DNA from: an uncultured Bacteroidales bacterium
Lineage (GTDB): Bacteria; Bacteroidota; Bacteroidia; Bacteroidales; WCHB1-69
NCBI GenBank assembly: GCA_934699095.1
Contig: CAKUVI010000006.1
Location: forward strand, 56,461 to 120,460
Direction: 5' to 3'
Length of the DNA: 64,000 bases
Shown piece after piece: positions 28,486-36,965 of this stretch. The notes under the pieces were generated by a model, which saw only the letters and a program-made list of their open reading frames with translations, made no database searches and was not told the DNA's origin. Position numbers and translations under genes: made by a program. Position 1 is the first letter of the stretch, and the number at the start of each line of letters is the position of its first letter.

Positions 28486-31245
28486 TCATAGTGAAGATTT
28501 CATGGTGTGGCGGCCGCTTCCGAGAGTCTGTTTTTTGTAGCCTTCGCGGGTTGGCAGCCAAACATCTGCGGATGTATTTGCAGGAATGAGGATGTTCCAG
28601 GTGAAGTTCTTGCCTTTGCGTACCCATTTGCTTTCGATCCTTCCTGAAACTGAATTATAGGCGCAGTTCACGTGGTTGAGACCGTTGATGGGGTAGGGTT
28701 TGAGCTCTATTTTGCTGTATCCGGGCTCTTTGGCGCGTATTCCGCCTAAATATTCATATTCCCAAAGAATCAGGTCGCCGAGCAGCATCACGTGGTTGCC
28801 TGAGTTCATGTAAGGGGCGGCGGTGTTGCCGTTCCAGAGTTCCCAGATGGTGGTGGCCCCGTTCTTGGCCATGTAGCCCCAGCTCGGGTATGTGTCGTCG
28901 GTGGCGATTTTCAGGGCCAAGTCGCCGCGTCCCATCTCCGTCAGTGTGCGCATCAGCACTTGAATTCCGATCACGCCTGTGGATACGTGCCCGCCGAATT
29001 CGCCTACAGTTTTGTCTATGATGTTGGCAAAAACCTTGTCTTCCAAGCCTTTCGGTACCATGCCGAACCAAAGGGGAAGGATGTTTGCAGTCACCGTATT
29101 GTTGTCGTAGCGGTATGTGTCAGGGTTGAAGTATTTTTTGTTATAGGATTCTGTCACATATTTTATGTCGTTCCTGAATAGGACAGAATCATCGTCATAG
29201 CCGAGGAGTTTTGCGAAATGTGCCATTTTATTGGCTAAGAAGCAATAGAAGGGGGTGGAGATTACAGCGGCTTTGGTTTTGCGTGCGGTGTCTAAGGCGT
29301 GCACCAGTTCAAGCGATTCTGGTGGCATGCACCAGTCGCCGTAGCAGTCGCGGGTGAGGATGCCATCGTGCATATAGCTGTTTTTCATGTGCAGAATCCA
29401 GCGTTTCATGGCGTCGTAGTGCTCTTTGATGGGCTGTATGTCGCCGAAGCGTGTGTATAGCATGTCGGCTACGGTGATGATAGCGCCTGGCCAGGTCATG
29501 TTGTCGGTGTAGTGCCTCCAGTAATTGGGCCAGATGTCGCATAGAGAACCGCTGTGCCACTGGCTGTCCTCGCCGTCGGTGAGCCATTTTGCGTAAAGAT
29601 GATGGTTGTTGAAGATATATGATTCGCCGTAGTTTCCGGTGGTGCGGTCGCCAGTCCAGCCCATGCGCTCGTCGCGCTGCGGGCAGTCGGTGGGCATGCT
29701 CCTATAGTTGCCACGGATGCCCCAGTAGGCGTTGCGGTACACCTGGTTCATGACCTTGTTGGAGGTTTCAAACTCACCGGTTGTGGCCATCTCGTCGTAG
29801 AAGACAAGCCCTTTGAAGTCGCCGACAGATGGCGTGTTGCGCATTCCGCTGATTTCTACATAGCGGAATCCGTGGTAAACGAACGTGGGGTGCCAGGTGG
29901 CGTCTGCCGATGAGGATACGAAACGGTCGGTGGTCTCCGCACCGCGCAGATTGTCGCGATAGATGTTGCTGTCGGCTTTGATTGATTCTGCGAAGCGCAA
30001 TGTTATAGTGTCACCGCTGCGTTGCCCCGCAACTCTCATCTGCAGATAACCAACCATGTTCTGACCCATGTCAACGATCCATTTGTCGCCCTTTCTGAAC
30101 ACCGCAACGGGCGTCAACTCATCTTGTATCTTGATGTTGGGGTTCGACTGCGCCTCCAATTTGCCTTCCGGAGGGTGTACGGTGAATACGGGTATCCAGG
30201 ATGAGTCGTCGTATCCAACAGTTGACCAGTCGCCGAGCTCCAAACGCTGGTCATAGGTCTCCCCGTCAAATTCGTTGAGGGAGCGTATCGGGCCGTTGTT
30301 GGTGATTTTCCAGCTGTCGTTGCTGACGATGCGCTCGGTGCTGCCGTCTTTATAGGTGACCTCCAGTTGCAGTATCATTCGGGGCCGGCCGTAGTGCATG
30401 ACGTGCGTCTCGCCGCCCCATTCGTTCTCGCCGCGGTTGTAGCGCATAGCAAAGTAACGCCCTCCGGCCAATATTATGCCGAGCGCATTGTCACCCTTGT
30501 GCAATTGCTCTGTCACATCGTAGGCGTTGAAATAGACGCGTTTGCGGTAATCAGAGAGCGCAGGCTTGAAAATCTCCTCCGTCGCGACTTCGTTGCCGTT
30601 GAGAAATGCGCTGTACTGCCCTAAACCGCATACATAGAGCCGCGCTTCGCTGATTTCGTCGCGCAGGTTGAACTCTTTTCGTATGTAGCGCGCCGCAATG
30701 CGCGTGCGACGCACCAAACTGTCGTCGTCAAACTCATGACCTATCCACAATGCACTCCAGTCTTCCTGTTCTAACAAGCTGATTTCAAAATAGTTGATTG
30801 AGCTTGATAATTCCAATTTCCCCACTTCTCCGTTTGAAGGGCTCGCCGATTTGCTATAGTCAACCGTTGCGTAAATTCGCCAGTATGCTCTGTCCCTGCT
30901 GTGAAGCTTTTTCCCTTCGTATGGAATATACAGCATTTGATCAGAATTCACCGTCTTTGAATCCCATAGATCACCGACGCCTCTCTCAGCCATTTGCTTC
31001 GACGAAGCCACGATGATACGATAGGATGTCTGATGTACGTTGAAGGCGCCTTCTGCACGGTAATTCCAACTGAAACGCGGTGTGCCGGTTGCCAAAGGCA
31101 TCCGTCCATCCTGCATTTCTACCGTGGCGTTAACTATCTCTATTGATGTTTTGGTTTGAATCTTGTCTCTGCTGTCGGATACTTTCCCATCTGCTATGAA
31201 TGTTAAAAGAAGACAGATTATTGTAAAGAAATAATGCTTTTTCAT
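28486..31245 (-). CDS. Alpha-L-rhamnosidase (GH78)
   Basis: 919 aa with a signal peptide and motifs FRYVEISG and DCPQRDERMGWTGD, typical of bacterial rhamnosidases. Confidence 0.85.
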   Translation of the reverse strand: MKKHYFFTIICLLLTFIADGKVSDSRDKIQTKTSIEIVNATVEMQDGRMPLATGTPRFSWNYRAEGAFNVHQTSYRIIVASSKQMAERGVGDLWDSKTVNSDQMLYIPYEGKKLHSRDRAYWRIYATVDYSKSASPSNGEVGKLELSSSINYFEISLLEQEDWSALWIGHEFDDDSLVRRTRIAARYIRKEFNLRDEISEARLYVCGLGQYSAFLNGNEVATEEIFKPALSDYRKRVYFNAYDVTEQLHKGDNALGIILAGGRYFAMRYNRGENEWGGETHVMHYGRPRMILQLEVTYKDGSTERIVSNDSWKITNNGPIRSLNEFDGETYDQRLELGDWSTVGYDDSSWIPVFTVHPPEGKLEAQSNPNIKIQDELTPVAVFRKGDKWIVDMGQNMVGYLQMRVAGQRSGDTITLRFAESIKADSNIYRDNLRGAETTDRFVSSSADATWHPTFVYHGFRYVEISGMRNTPSVGDFKGLVFYDEMATTGEFETSNKVMNQVYRNAYWGIRGNYRSMPTDCPQRDERMGWTGDRTTGNYGESYIFNNHHLYAKWLTDGEDSQWHSGSLCDIWPNYWRHYTDNMTWPGAIITVADMLYTRFGDIQPIKEHYDAMKRWILHMKNSYMHDGILTRDCYGDWCMPPESLELVHALDTARKTKAAVISTPFYCFLANKMAHFAKLLGYDDDSVLFRNDIKYVTESYNKKYFNPDTYRYDNNTVTANILPLWFGMVPKGLEDKVFANIIDKTVGEFGGHVSTGVIGIQVLMRTLTEMGRGDLALKIATDDTYPSWGYMAKNGATTIWELWNGNTAAPYMNSGNHVMLLGDLILWEYEYLGGIRAKEPGYSKIELKPYPINGLNHVNCAYNSVSGRIESKWVRKGKNFTWNILIPANTSADVWLPTREGYKKQTLGSGRHTMKSSL

Positions 31246-31262
31246 AAGATATGATTTTTATG

Positions 31263-32867
31263 TCAGAAACCTGCAAAATTGAAGAAAAGAGGCGGCAAAA
31301 GGAGGAAGAATCCGAGGATTATCAAGGCAAGTATGAATTTCCAGATAAACTGGAACCATTTTGAGTAGGGGATGCGCGCAACCCCGAGCACACCTATCAG
31401 GACACCTGATGTGGGGGTTATCATGTTGGTGAAGCCGTCACCAAATTGGAATGCCAATACCGTGAGCTGGCGTGGTATGCTCATCAAGTCTGACCATTCG
31501 GTCATCATGGGTATTGTGAGCGCAGCCTTCGCCGAACCTGACGGAATGATGAGGTTCAACAGGTTCTGCATGACGTACATGGTGGCGGTGCTGCCAATGC
31601 GGCCTGCCCCTTGCAGACTTTCGGCTACAGCGTAAAGAATTGTGTCAATGATTTTTCCGTCTTCCAAAATTACAATTATACCGCCTGCCAATCCAACAAT
31701 CAAGGCCGCCGACAAGATGTCTTTGCACCCGTTGAGGAACTCCTTGAATATGGTGTCAAACGACATTCCGAAAGCAAATCCCGACAAGATGCCCATCACG
31801 AAGAACAGACCTGCTATCTCCATCACATACCAATCATACCCCAGAACTCCGGCGACCAGTCCGAGAATTGTGATGAGCAATATCATAAGCACCAGATGAT
31901 GGACAGATTTTTTAGTGGCAAAGAAGCCGAGAATGACGAATAATGCTGCTATGATCGGGAAAACAACAATGTTTCTCGAGCCTAATCCTACAGAAATGTT
32001 GGTTGTGGGGAGTTTAATTGCAAGAAAGACGAGCAGAAGAGACAATGCGGAATAAACAATCCAAGCTTTTGTGCCGGATTTCACCATTGATTGATTGTCC
32101 TCATTGGACGAGGCCTTGTCACGCCAGTAGCTGTCTATATCGTAGGTCAGGGATTTTTGCGGGTTATGTTTGATATAGTTGGCGTAAATAATGGTGAAGA
32201 TGATTGCGATAAGTGTGAGTATGCACCAGCAGATAAAGCGGTAGCCGATGCCTGAGAATGTTGGCAGTCCGGCCAAACCTTGGGCAATGCCGATTGTGAA
32301 GGGGTTCAGCATCGCTCCGGCAAAACCCACGTGCGCTGCCACGTAGCACATCAGCACGCCCACTATCGAATCGTAACCCATGGAGACGGCCAAAGGCACA
32401 AACACTACAATGAAGGCTATTGTCTCCTCACTCATACCGAAAATTGAACCGAACAAACTGAACATCAGCATGATGGCTATGATGAGTATGTTGTTTATCC
32501 CTATTTTCCCGAGAATTCGGTTCTTCTGCAGTCGTTGCATGTCGTTCAGGAAAAAACCGATGCCTCTGTTAATGGCATCCGTCTGGTTCATTATCCAGAA
32601 TGCACCGCCAATCATCAAAATGAAAACTATTATTGATGACGTTCTCTCAAAGCCCTTGAAAAAAGCGGTGAAAACCTGCCATGTCTGTGGTGATTGTTCA
32701 ACTTTGTGATAAGAATCAGGCACCACAATGTTGCGATCATGGCCATCTACACTGACGGTCTGCCGGTCGAACTGTCCGCCGGGGACTATCCATGTGAGCA
32801 CTGCGCACACCACGATGATGGCGAATACGATGGTGAATGTGTTGGGTATCTTGAAGTTTGTCTTCAT
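31263..32867 (-). CDS. YfcC-family transporter (DcuC/anaerobic C4-dicarboxylate carrier superfamily)
   Basis: 534-aa multi-pass membrane protein. The N-terminus KIPNTFTIVFAIIVVCAVLTWIVPGGQFDR is typical of YfcC proteins. Confidence 0.75.
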   Translation of the reverse strand: MKTNFKIPNTFTIVFAIIVVCAVLTWIVPGGQFDRQTVSVDGHDRNIVVPDSYHKVEQSPQTWQVFTAFFKGFERTSSIIVFILMIGGAFWIMNQTDAINRGIGFFLNDMQRLQKNRILGKIGINNILIIAIMLMFSLFGSIFGMSEETIAFIVVFVPLAVSMGYDSIVGVLMCYVAAHVGFAGAMLNPFTIGIAQGLAGLPTFSGIGYRFICWCILTLIAIIFTIIYANYIKHNPQKSLTYDIDSYWRDKASSNEDNQSMVKSGTKAWIVYSALSLLLVFLAIKLPTTNISVGLGSRNIVVFPIIAALFVILGFFATKKSVHHLVLMILLITILGLVAGVLGYDWYVMEIAGLFFVMGILSGFAFGMSFDTIFKEFLNGCKDILSAALIVGLAGGIIVILEDGKIIDTILYAVAESLQGAGRIGSTATMYVMQNLLNLIIPSGSAKAALTIPMMTEWSDLMSIPRQLTVLAFQFGDGFTNMITPTSGVLIGVLGVARIPYSKWFQFIWKFILALIILGFFLLLPPLFFNFAGF

Positions 32868-32874
32868 AGGCGGA

Positions 32875-33825
32875 CTATTTTTTCAGATGAACAAGGGCTG
32901 CAGCGCCTAATATGGCTGCGTCATTGTCGTCTAACTGAGATAATTCTATTTCAACTCTGTCTTTATAAATGAAGAGCAGTTGTTCTTTGAAATATCTCTT
33001 CAAAGGGTCGAGTAGGGGAGCGCCTACTTTAGTTGGACCGCCCATGAGGAATATTTTCGCCGGATTTGAGAATGCAGCGGCGTTGGCCAGACCAATGGCA
33101 AGTATTTTGGCAGTTCTGTTGAAAGTCTCAATGGCAATGGCATTACCTTCGTTGGCCAGCATGCCAACATCGCGGCTTGTTATGTTGTCAAGGTCGATAT
33201 TGGATGGGATATTGTCCGGGTGTTGTGCTGTCAACTCCTTGAAAGTCTGGCAGATGCCGCGTGCTGATGTGTATGTCTCGAGGCATCCGCGCCGTCCGCA
33301 GGTGCACTCTCTGCCATCTGGGAATATGGTGATGTGACCGAGTTCGCCTGCCATGCAGTTCTGGCCGTGCACGATGCGGCCGTCGGTGAAGAAGCCGCTG
33401 CCGACTCCGGTGCCGAGGGTGACCATCACGAAGTTGTCGCACTCCTTTGCCCCGCCGTAGATGCGCTCGCCCAAGGCGGCGGCGTCGGCATCGTTCGACA
33501 GCACGGTGGTTGTGTTCAACGCCCGCCCGATAGCATCGCACATCGGTATGCACTCCTTGATGCGCAAATTAGCGGTGTTAGCCTCTATCTGCCCCGTGAC
33601 ATAGTTGGCGTTCGGCGCACCGATGCCTATGCCATTTACATCAGTAACGCCGTTGTCTCTGAGTATTCTCCTTATCACTGATATGATGTCCTCGATGAAA
33701 ACATCACCTTTGAAGTAATCCTGCGTTTTGAGGGCCTCGCGCGAAACCACCTTGCCTTCCGCATTGACCAAACCCACAACGGTGTTGGTGCCCCCTATGT
33801 CTATTCCGATTGCGTAATGATTCAT
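32875..33825 (-). CDS. ROK-family sugar kinase
   Basis: 316 aa with the ATP-binding motif GIDIGGTNT and the ROK zinc motif GHI...CTCGRRGCLE. Confidence 0.85.
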   Translation of the reverse strand: MNHYAIGIDIGGTNTVVGLVNAEGKVVSREALKTQDYFKGDVFIEDIISVIRRILRDNGVTDVNGIGIGAPNANYVTGQIEANTANLRIKECIPMCDAIGRALNTTTVLSNDADAAALGERIYGGAKECDNFVMVTLGTGVGSGFFTDGRIVHGQNCMAGELGHITIFPDGRECTCGRRGCLETYTSARGICQTFKELTAQHPDNIPSNIDLDNITSRDVGMLANEGNAIAIETFNRTAKILAIGLANAAAFSNPAKIFLMGGPTKVGAPLLDPLKRYFKEQLLFIYKDRVEIELSQLDDNDAAILGAAALVHLKK

Positions 33826-35411
33826 GATAGTTGTTTCTTAGTTGTTAAAATCTCTATTATGTTGAAAATCAAATTCATGCCAATAGTGCACATGATTATG
33901 AACAATGGTAAGCTCGATATTAAATATCGTGACCTCGTTTCAAATGTGAGCTGGAACAGTATTAGCATTATCAATGCTATCATGATAATACTGAAACTCT
34001 TGTGATATCTGTTAAATGCTGCAAGAAAAACCAAAATCAGACATCCGTACCAGATAGCATTTATGAAATTGCTCCATAAATCATAGTGCCTGCCTTCAAA
34101 TTCTCTGTTGTAGTAGATGCTTTTGGTGAATTTCGACAAAGATGGGATGACTTCAGGGTGAAGTTCCTTGTAAAATTCCCCTTCATACCCCCAATTGAAG
34201 GTGCCGTCATAAAATGTCAGCATGGTCTTGCCGCTTAAATGTCTGAATGTCCCTTTGAACCCCATGTTGTGGATTCTGCTCAAGGCCTTACTGAACTCTG
34301 CCTTGTTGCGTTCGCGGTTGGTGGAGAACTCTCGAGCATACGTCACATCGTCAGCATTCCAAACCCCGTACCCGCTCTTGTTCATCCCCATCATGAAATA
34401 ATGCGCAGCACCGAATTCTTTCTGGCTCCCGCTTTGAAACATTCTGCAACATACCGTTGTCAAGGCAAGACTGATTACAATGCCTAAAAATAGCGCTGAG
34501 GTGTTATGTACGACAATCCTTTTGAATGAGCGGAAACGATGTCTGTTTTGCAGGATTCTCACAGTCTCATACAACACAATCGCTATAAAAACAAAGGAGT
34601 TATGAGGCTTTATCTTGAATCCGATGACTGCAACCACAGCCATCAAAAACCATCTCAGCTTCTGGTGGCTGCCGAAACAATCGCAGGTGTAAATCCATAC
34701 CAGTGATGTGGGAAAAATGATGCTGAATGCATCGGAATAGGGTATAGACATCCATGGGGTCAGACCTGCCACGATAGTATAAAGGAATGCTGAATATGCC
34801 GCTATATCTCTTTTCCTGAATATTGCGAAGACGGTCTGGTAGATCATCAGCATGGCAAAGGTGCTCAAAATATTCTGGACGACAAGAACGGAGAAGAAGT
34901 CGTATCTGCCGAGATGAAGAGGCTTGCAGATCCATAGGATAACTGCGTAAATTTCAGTGATGAAGATGTTGTTAGGGCACTCCTGATAATACCATTGGTT
35001 GGCTTTAGTGCCGTCATAAGCCATCGAGCGTGCAGTGTCCATTATGATCTGAACATCCCATCCGGTGGAAAAGAAGTAGCTGAAAACAATAGCTGAAGTG
35101 AGAACGAAGAACAAAACTCCATATACAAGAAGGTTTCTCCTTTGCATCTTCGGGTTGGCGCCTTTGTTCCTGAAAACAAGGTGGAAAGGGATGAAAAGCA
35201 GACAAATTGAAAAGAATCCAATAATTGCAAGTATTGGACGGGGGGGTGAGGTCTGCAGGAAAAACCAGTAGCTGTTAACCAATTTGAAGCTGTCGCCGAA
35301 GAGGACAATGAGGGTGACAAACAGCATCATCGTTGCAAAACAGCCAAAGACAAGCCAATCAAACGGACTTTTCCGCAGGGTGATATGTGAATTATTGTAG
35401 GGTTCCAACAA
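33822..35411 (-). CDS. Polytopic membrane protein, GT-C-fold glycosyltransferase-like (ArnT/PMT-like); start codon uncertain
   Basis: 529-aa multi-pass protein whose stop overlaps the ROK ATG (ATGA). The track start at 35411 is a TTG. The next in-frame ATG is at 35330, inside the first TM helix. Confidence 0.5.
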   Translation of the reverse strand: MLEPYNNSHITLRKSPFDWLVFGCFATMMLFVTLIVLFGDSFKLVNSYWFFLQTSPPRPILAIIGFFSICLLFIPFHLVFRNKGANPKMQRRNLLVYGVLFFVLTSAIVFSYFFSTGWDVQIIMDTARSMAYDGTKANQWYYQECPNNIFITEIYAVILWICKPLHLGRYDFFSVLVVQNILSTFAMLMIYQTVFAIFRKRDIAAYSAFLYTIVAGLTPWMSIPYSDAFSIIFPTSLVWIYTCDCFGSHQKLRWFLMAVVAVIGFKIKPHNSFVFIAIVLYETVRILQNRHRFRSFKRIVVHNTSALFLGIVISLALTTVCCRMFQSGSQKEFGAAHYFMMGMNKSGYGVWNADDVTYAREFSTNRERNKAEFSKALSRIHNMGFKGTFRHLSGKTMLTFYDGTFNWGYEGEFYKELHPEVIPSLSKFTKSIYYNREFEGRHYDLWSNFINAIWYGCLILVFLAAFNRYHKSFSIIMIALIMLILFQLTFETRSRYLISSLPLFIIMCTIGMNLIFNIIEILTTKKQLS

Positions 35412-35427
35412 CAGTCATTTTGAACCG

Positions 35428-35435
35428 CAAAGATA
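35428..35435 (-). promoter_or_regulatory. -7 promoter box (TATCTTTG) for the GT-C-like/ROK/YfcC/GH78 gene string
   Basis: The plus strand reads caaagata. It lies ~17 nt upstream of the TTG at 35411. Confidence 0.5.
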
Positions 35436-35484
35436 CAAATTTTCCTGCCAATCCCCAAATATTCAATACCGAGTTTGGCGGATT

Positions 35485-35658
35485 TTAGTCGTTCCGCTTT
35501 GCCTGTTTCATTGTCTTGGGCAGCCGTCCGGCCTTTTTCAAAGCTGAGTGTAGAATCCACTCTATCTGTCCGTTAGTGCTGCGAAAATCGTCGGTTGCCC
35601 ATTTTTCAATAGCATCGAATATCTCTTTCTCAACTCTGAGCGCGAAGTTTTTTTTCAT
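35485..35658 (-). CDS. Small ribbon-helix-helix (Arc/MetJ-like) DNA-binding protein, 57 aa; not in the supplied ORF track
   Basis: The complement ATG at 35658 gives MKKNFALRVEKEIFDAIEKWATDDFRSTNGQIEWILHSALKKAGRLPKTMKQAKRND, with a TAA stop at 35485-35487. The pattern is beta-strand (FALRV), helix, helix. The start lies 1 nt after the SPFH gene's stop. Confidence 0.7.
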   Translation of the reverse strand: MKKNFALRVEKEIFDAIEKWATDDFRSTNGQIEWILHSALKKAGRLPKTMKQAKRND

Positions 35659-35659
35659 T

Positions 35660-36631
35660 TTATTGGTAAAGAGTGCCGGTATTTATGACGGGAGAAGCGG
35701 ATTCGTCGGCGCAGAGCACCACCAGGAGGTTTGATACCATGGCGGCCTTCCGTTCTTCGTCCAATTCCACTATTTTGTCGTCTGAGAGTTTTTTCAGGGC
35801 AAGGTCCACCATGCTGACCGCGCCCTCGACTATCTTCTCGCGGGCCGAGATGATAGCGTCGGCCTGCTGACGGCGCAGCATCACGCTTGCTATTTCGGCG
35901 GCGTATGCAAGATAGTTGATGCGGGCCTCCACAACCTCAATTCCGGCAATCCACAAGTGCTTGCGCAATTCATTTTCGAGCACTTCGTTGATTTCGTCAC
36001 CGCCGGAGCGCAAGGTCATGCCAGTGTCGTTGCGGTCTATGTTGTCGTATGCATACAAACCCGCCACTTTGCGAAGAGCCGCGTCGCTCTGCACCCGCAC
36101 GAATGAATCGAAACTTTTCACCGATTTCAAAGATGTTTCCGTGATAGTGCTACGTACTTCGGAATCAACCTCGAAACAAGCCTTGTAGGTGTCGCTTATC
36201 TTCCACACCAAGACTAATCCGATCATTATCGGATTGCCGTTCTTGTCGTTTACTTTGATGGGCTCAATATCCATGTTCTTGGCTCTCAAAGACAACTTTT
36301 CCTTGCTGTATAATGGGTTGACCCAGAAAAAGCCGTTCTGCTTCACTGTTCCGGAATATTTTCCGAAGAAAGTAAGCACTCTGGATTCGTTCGGCTGAAC
36401 TGTCATGAATCCTATCAGATGCAAAATATAGGCAATAAAAAGCAGAAAGCCTGCCAGTACTGGCAACAAAACCCACGAGTTTACACTGCCGTCAGGGTCT
36501 GTGATTAAATCGAGCTTCGAAAGTCGGAAGACAAGCCAGATGGAAAAAATCAATAAAATCAAGTTTATCAACAGATGAGTAAATCCGTTGTTCGCTGAGG
36601 TCATTTCTTTATTAAACTCTTTGGATTCCAT
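35660..36631 (-). CDS. SPFH/Band-7 domain membrane protein
   Basis: The track ORF is 35660..36685 (TTG start). A promoter box lies at 36683-36690, so I use the ATG at 36631 (MESKEFNK...). It has two N-terminal TM segments followed by an SPFH domain (VQPNESRVLTFFGKYSGTVKQNGFFWVNP). Confidence 0.8.
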   Translation of the reverse strand: MESKEFNKEMTSANNGFTHLLINLILLIFSIWLVFRLSKLDLITDPDGSVNSWVLLPVLAGFLLFIAYILHLIGFMTVQPNESRVLTFFGKYSGTVKQNGFFWVNPLYSKEKLSLRAKNMDIEPIKVNDKNGNPIMIGLVLVWKISDTYKACFEVDSEVRSTITETSLKSVKSFDSFVRVQSDAALRKVAGLYAYDNIDRNDTGMTLRSGGDEINEVLENELRKHLWIAGIEVVEARINYLAYAAEIASVMLRRQQADAIISAREKIVEGAVSMVDLALKKLSDDKIVELDEERKAAMVSNLLVVLCADESASPVINTGTLYQ

Positions 36632-36682
36632 AATGTTAAGTGTTTTATTAATAATTAAAATGATATCATTTTGATATTGTTG

Positions 36683-36690
36683 CAAAAATA
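36683..36690 (-). promoter_or_regulatory. -7 promoter box (TATTTTTG) for the SPFH-RHH pair
   Basis: The plus strand reads caaaaata. It lies ~52 nt upstream of the ATG at 36631. Confidence 0.55.
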
Positions 36691-36953
36691 ATAAAAAAAC
36701 AATAACATCCTAAATTTTTTTTGAAATAGAAAGGTGTGGATTTTTTTCGGTCTTTGTAGTGAGTGACAGAGACGCTCGACGGAAGGTTTCTAAGCGTTGA
36801 CTGTAATTTCCTGACTATTTACCCTTAATTGTCCTGTTTATCGCAGAATGACATTTTTGAAGAATTTAATTAGGAATTATTGATGAAAATGTTATTGTCA
36901 GGAATCAAAAATATTATCTCAAAAGAATTTTAACGGAAAGCAATTTTTTTTTG

Positions 36954-36961
36954 TACCTTTG
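36954..36961 (+). promoter_or_regulatory. -7 promoter box (TACCTTTG) for the GH97 gene
   Basis: Fits TAnnTTTG. It is only 5 nt before the ATG at 36966, which suggests the real start is the ATG at 36981 (MKKHLLLMLF...). Confidence 0.5.
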
Positions 36962-36965
36962 CTGA

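Noticed and set aside
35327-35560. 77-aa minus-strand track ORF between the RHH gene and the GT-C-like gene
   Set aside because: It overlaps the better-supported RHH ORF in another frame, spans the TATCTTTG promoter box at 35428-35435 and runs into the next gene. It has no recognisable features.
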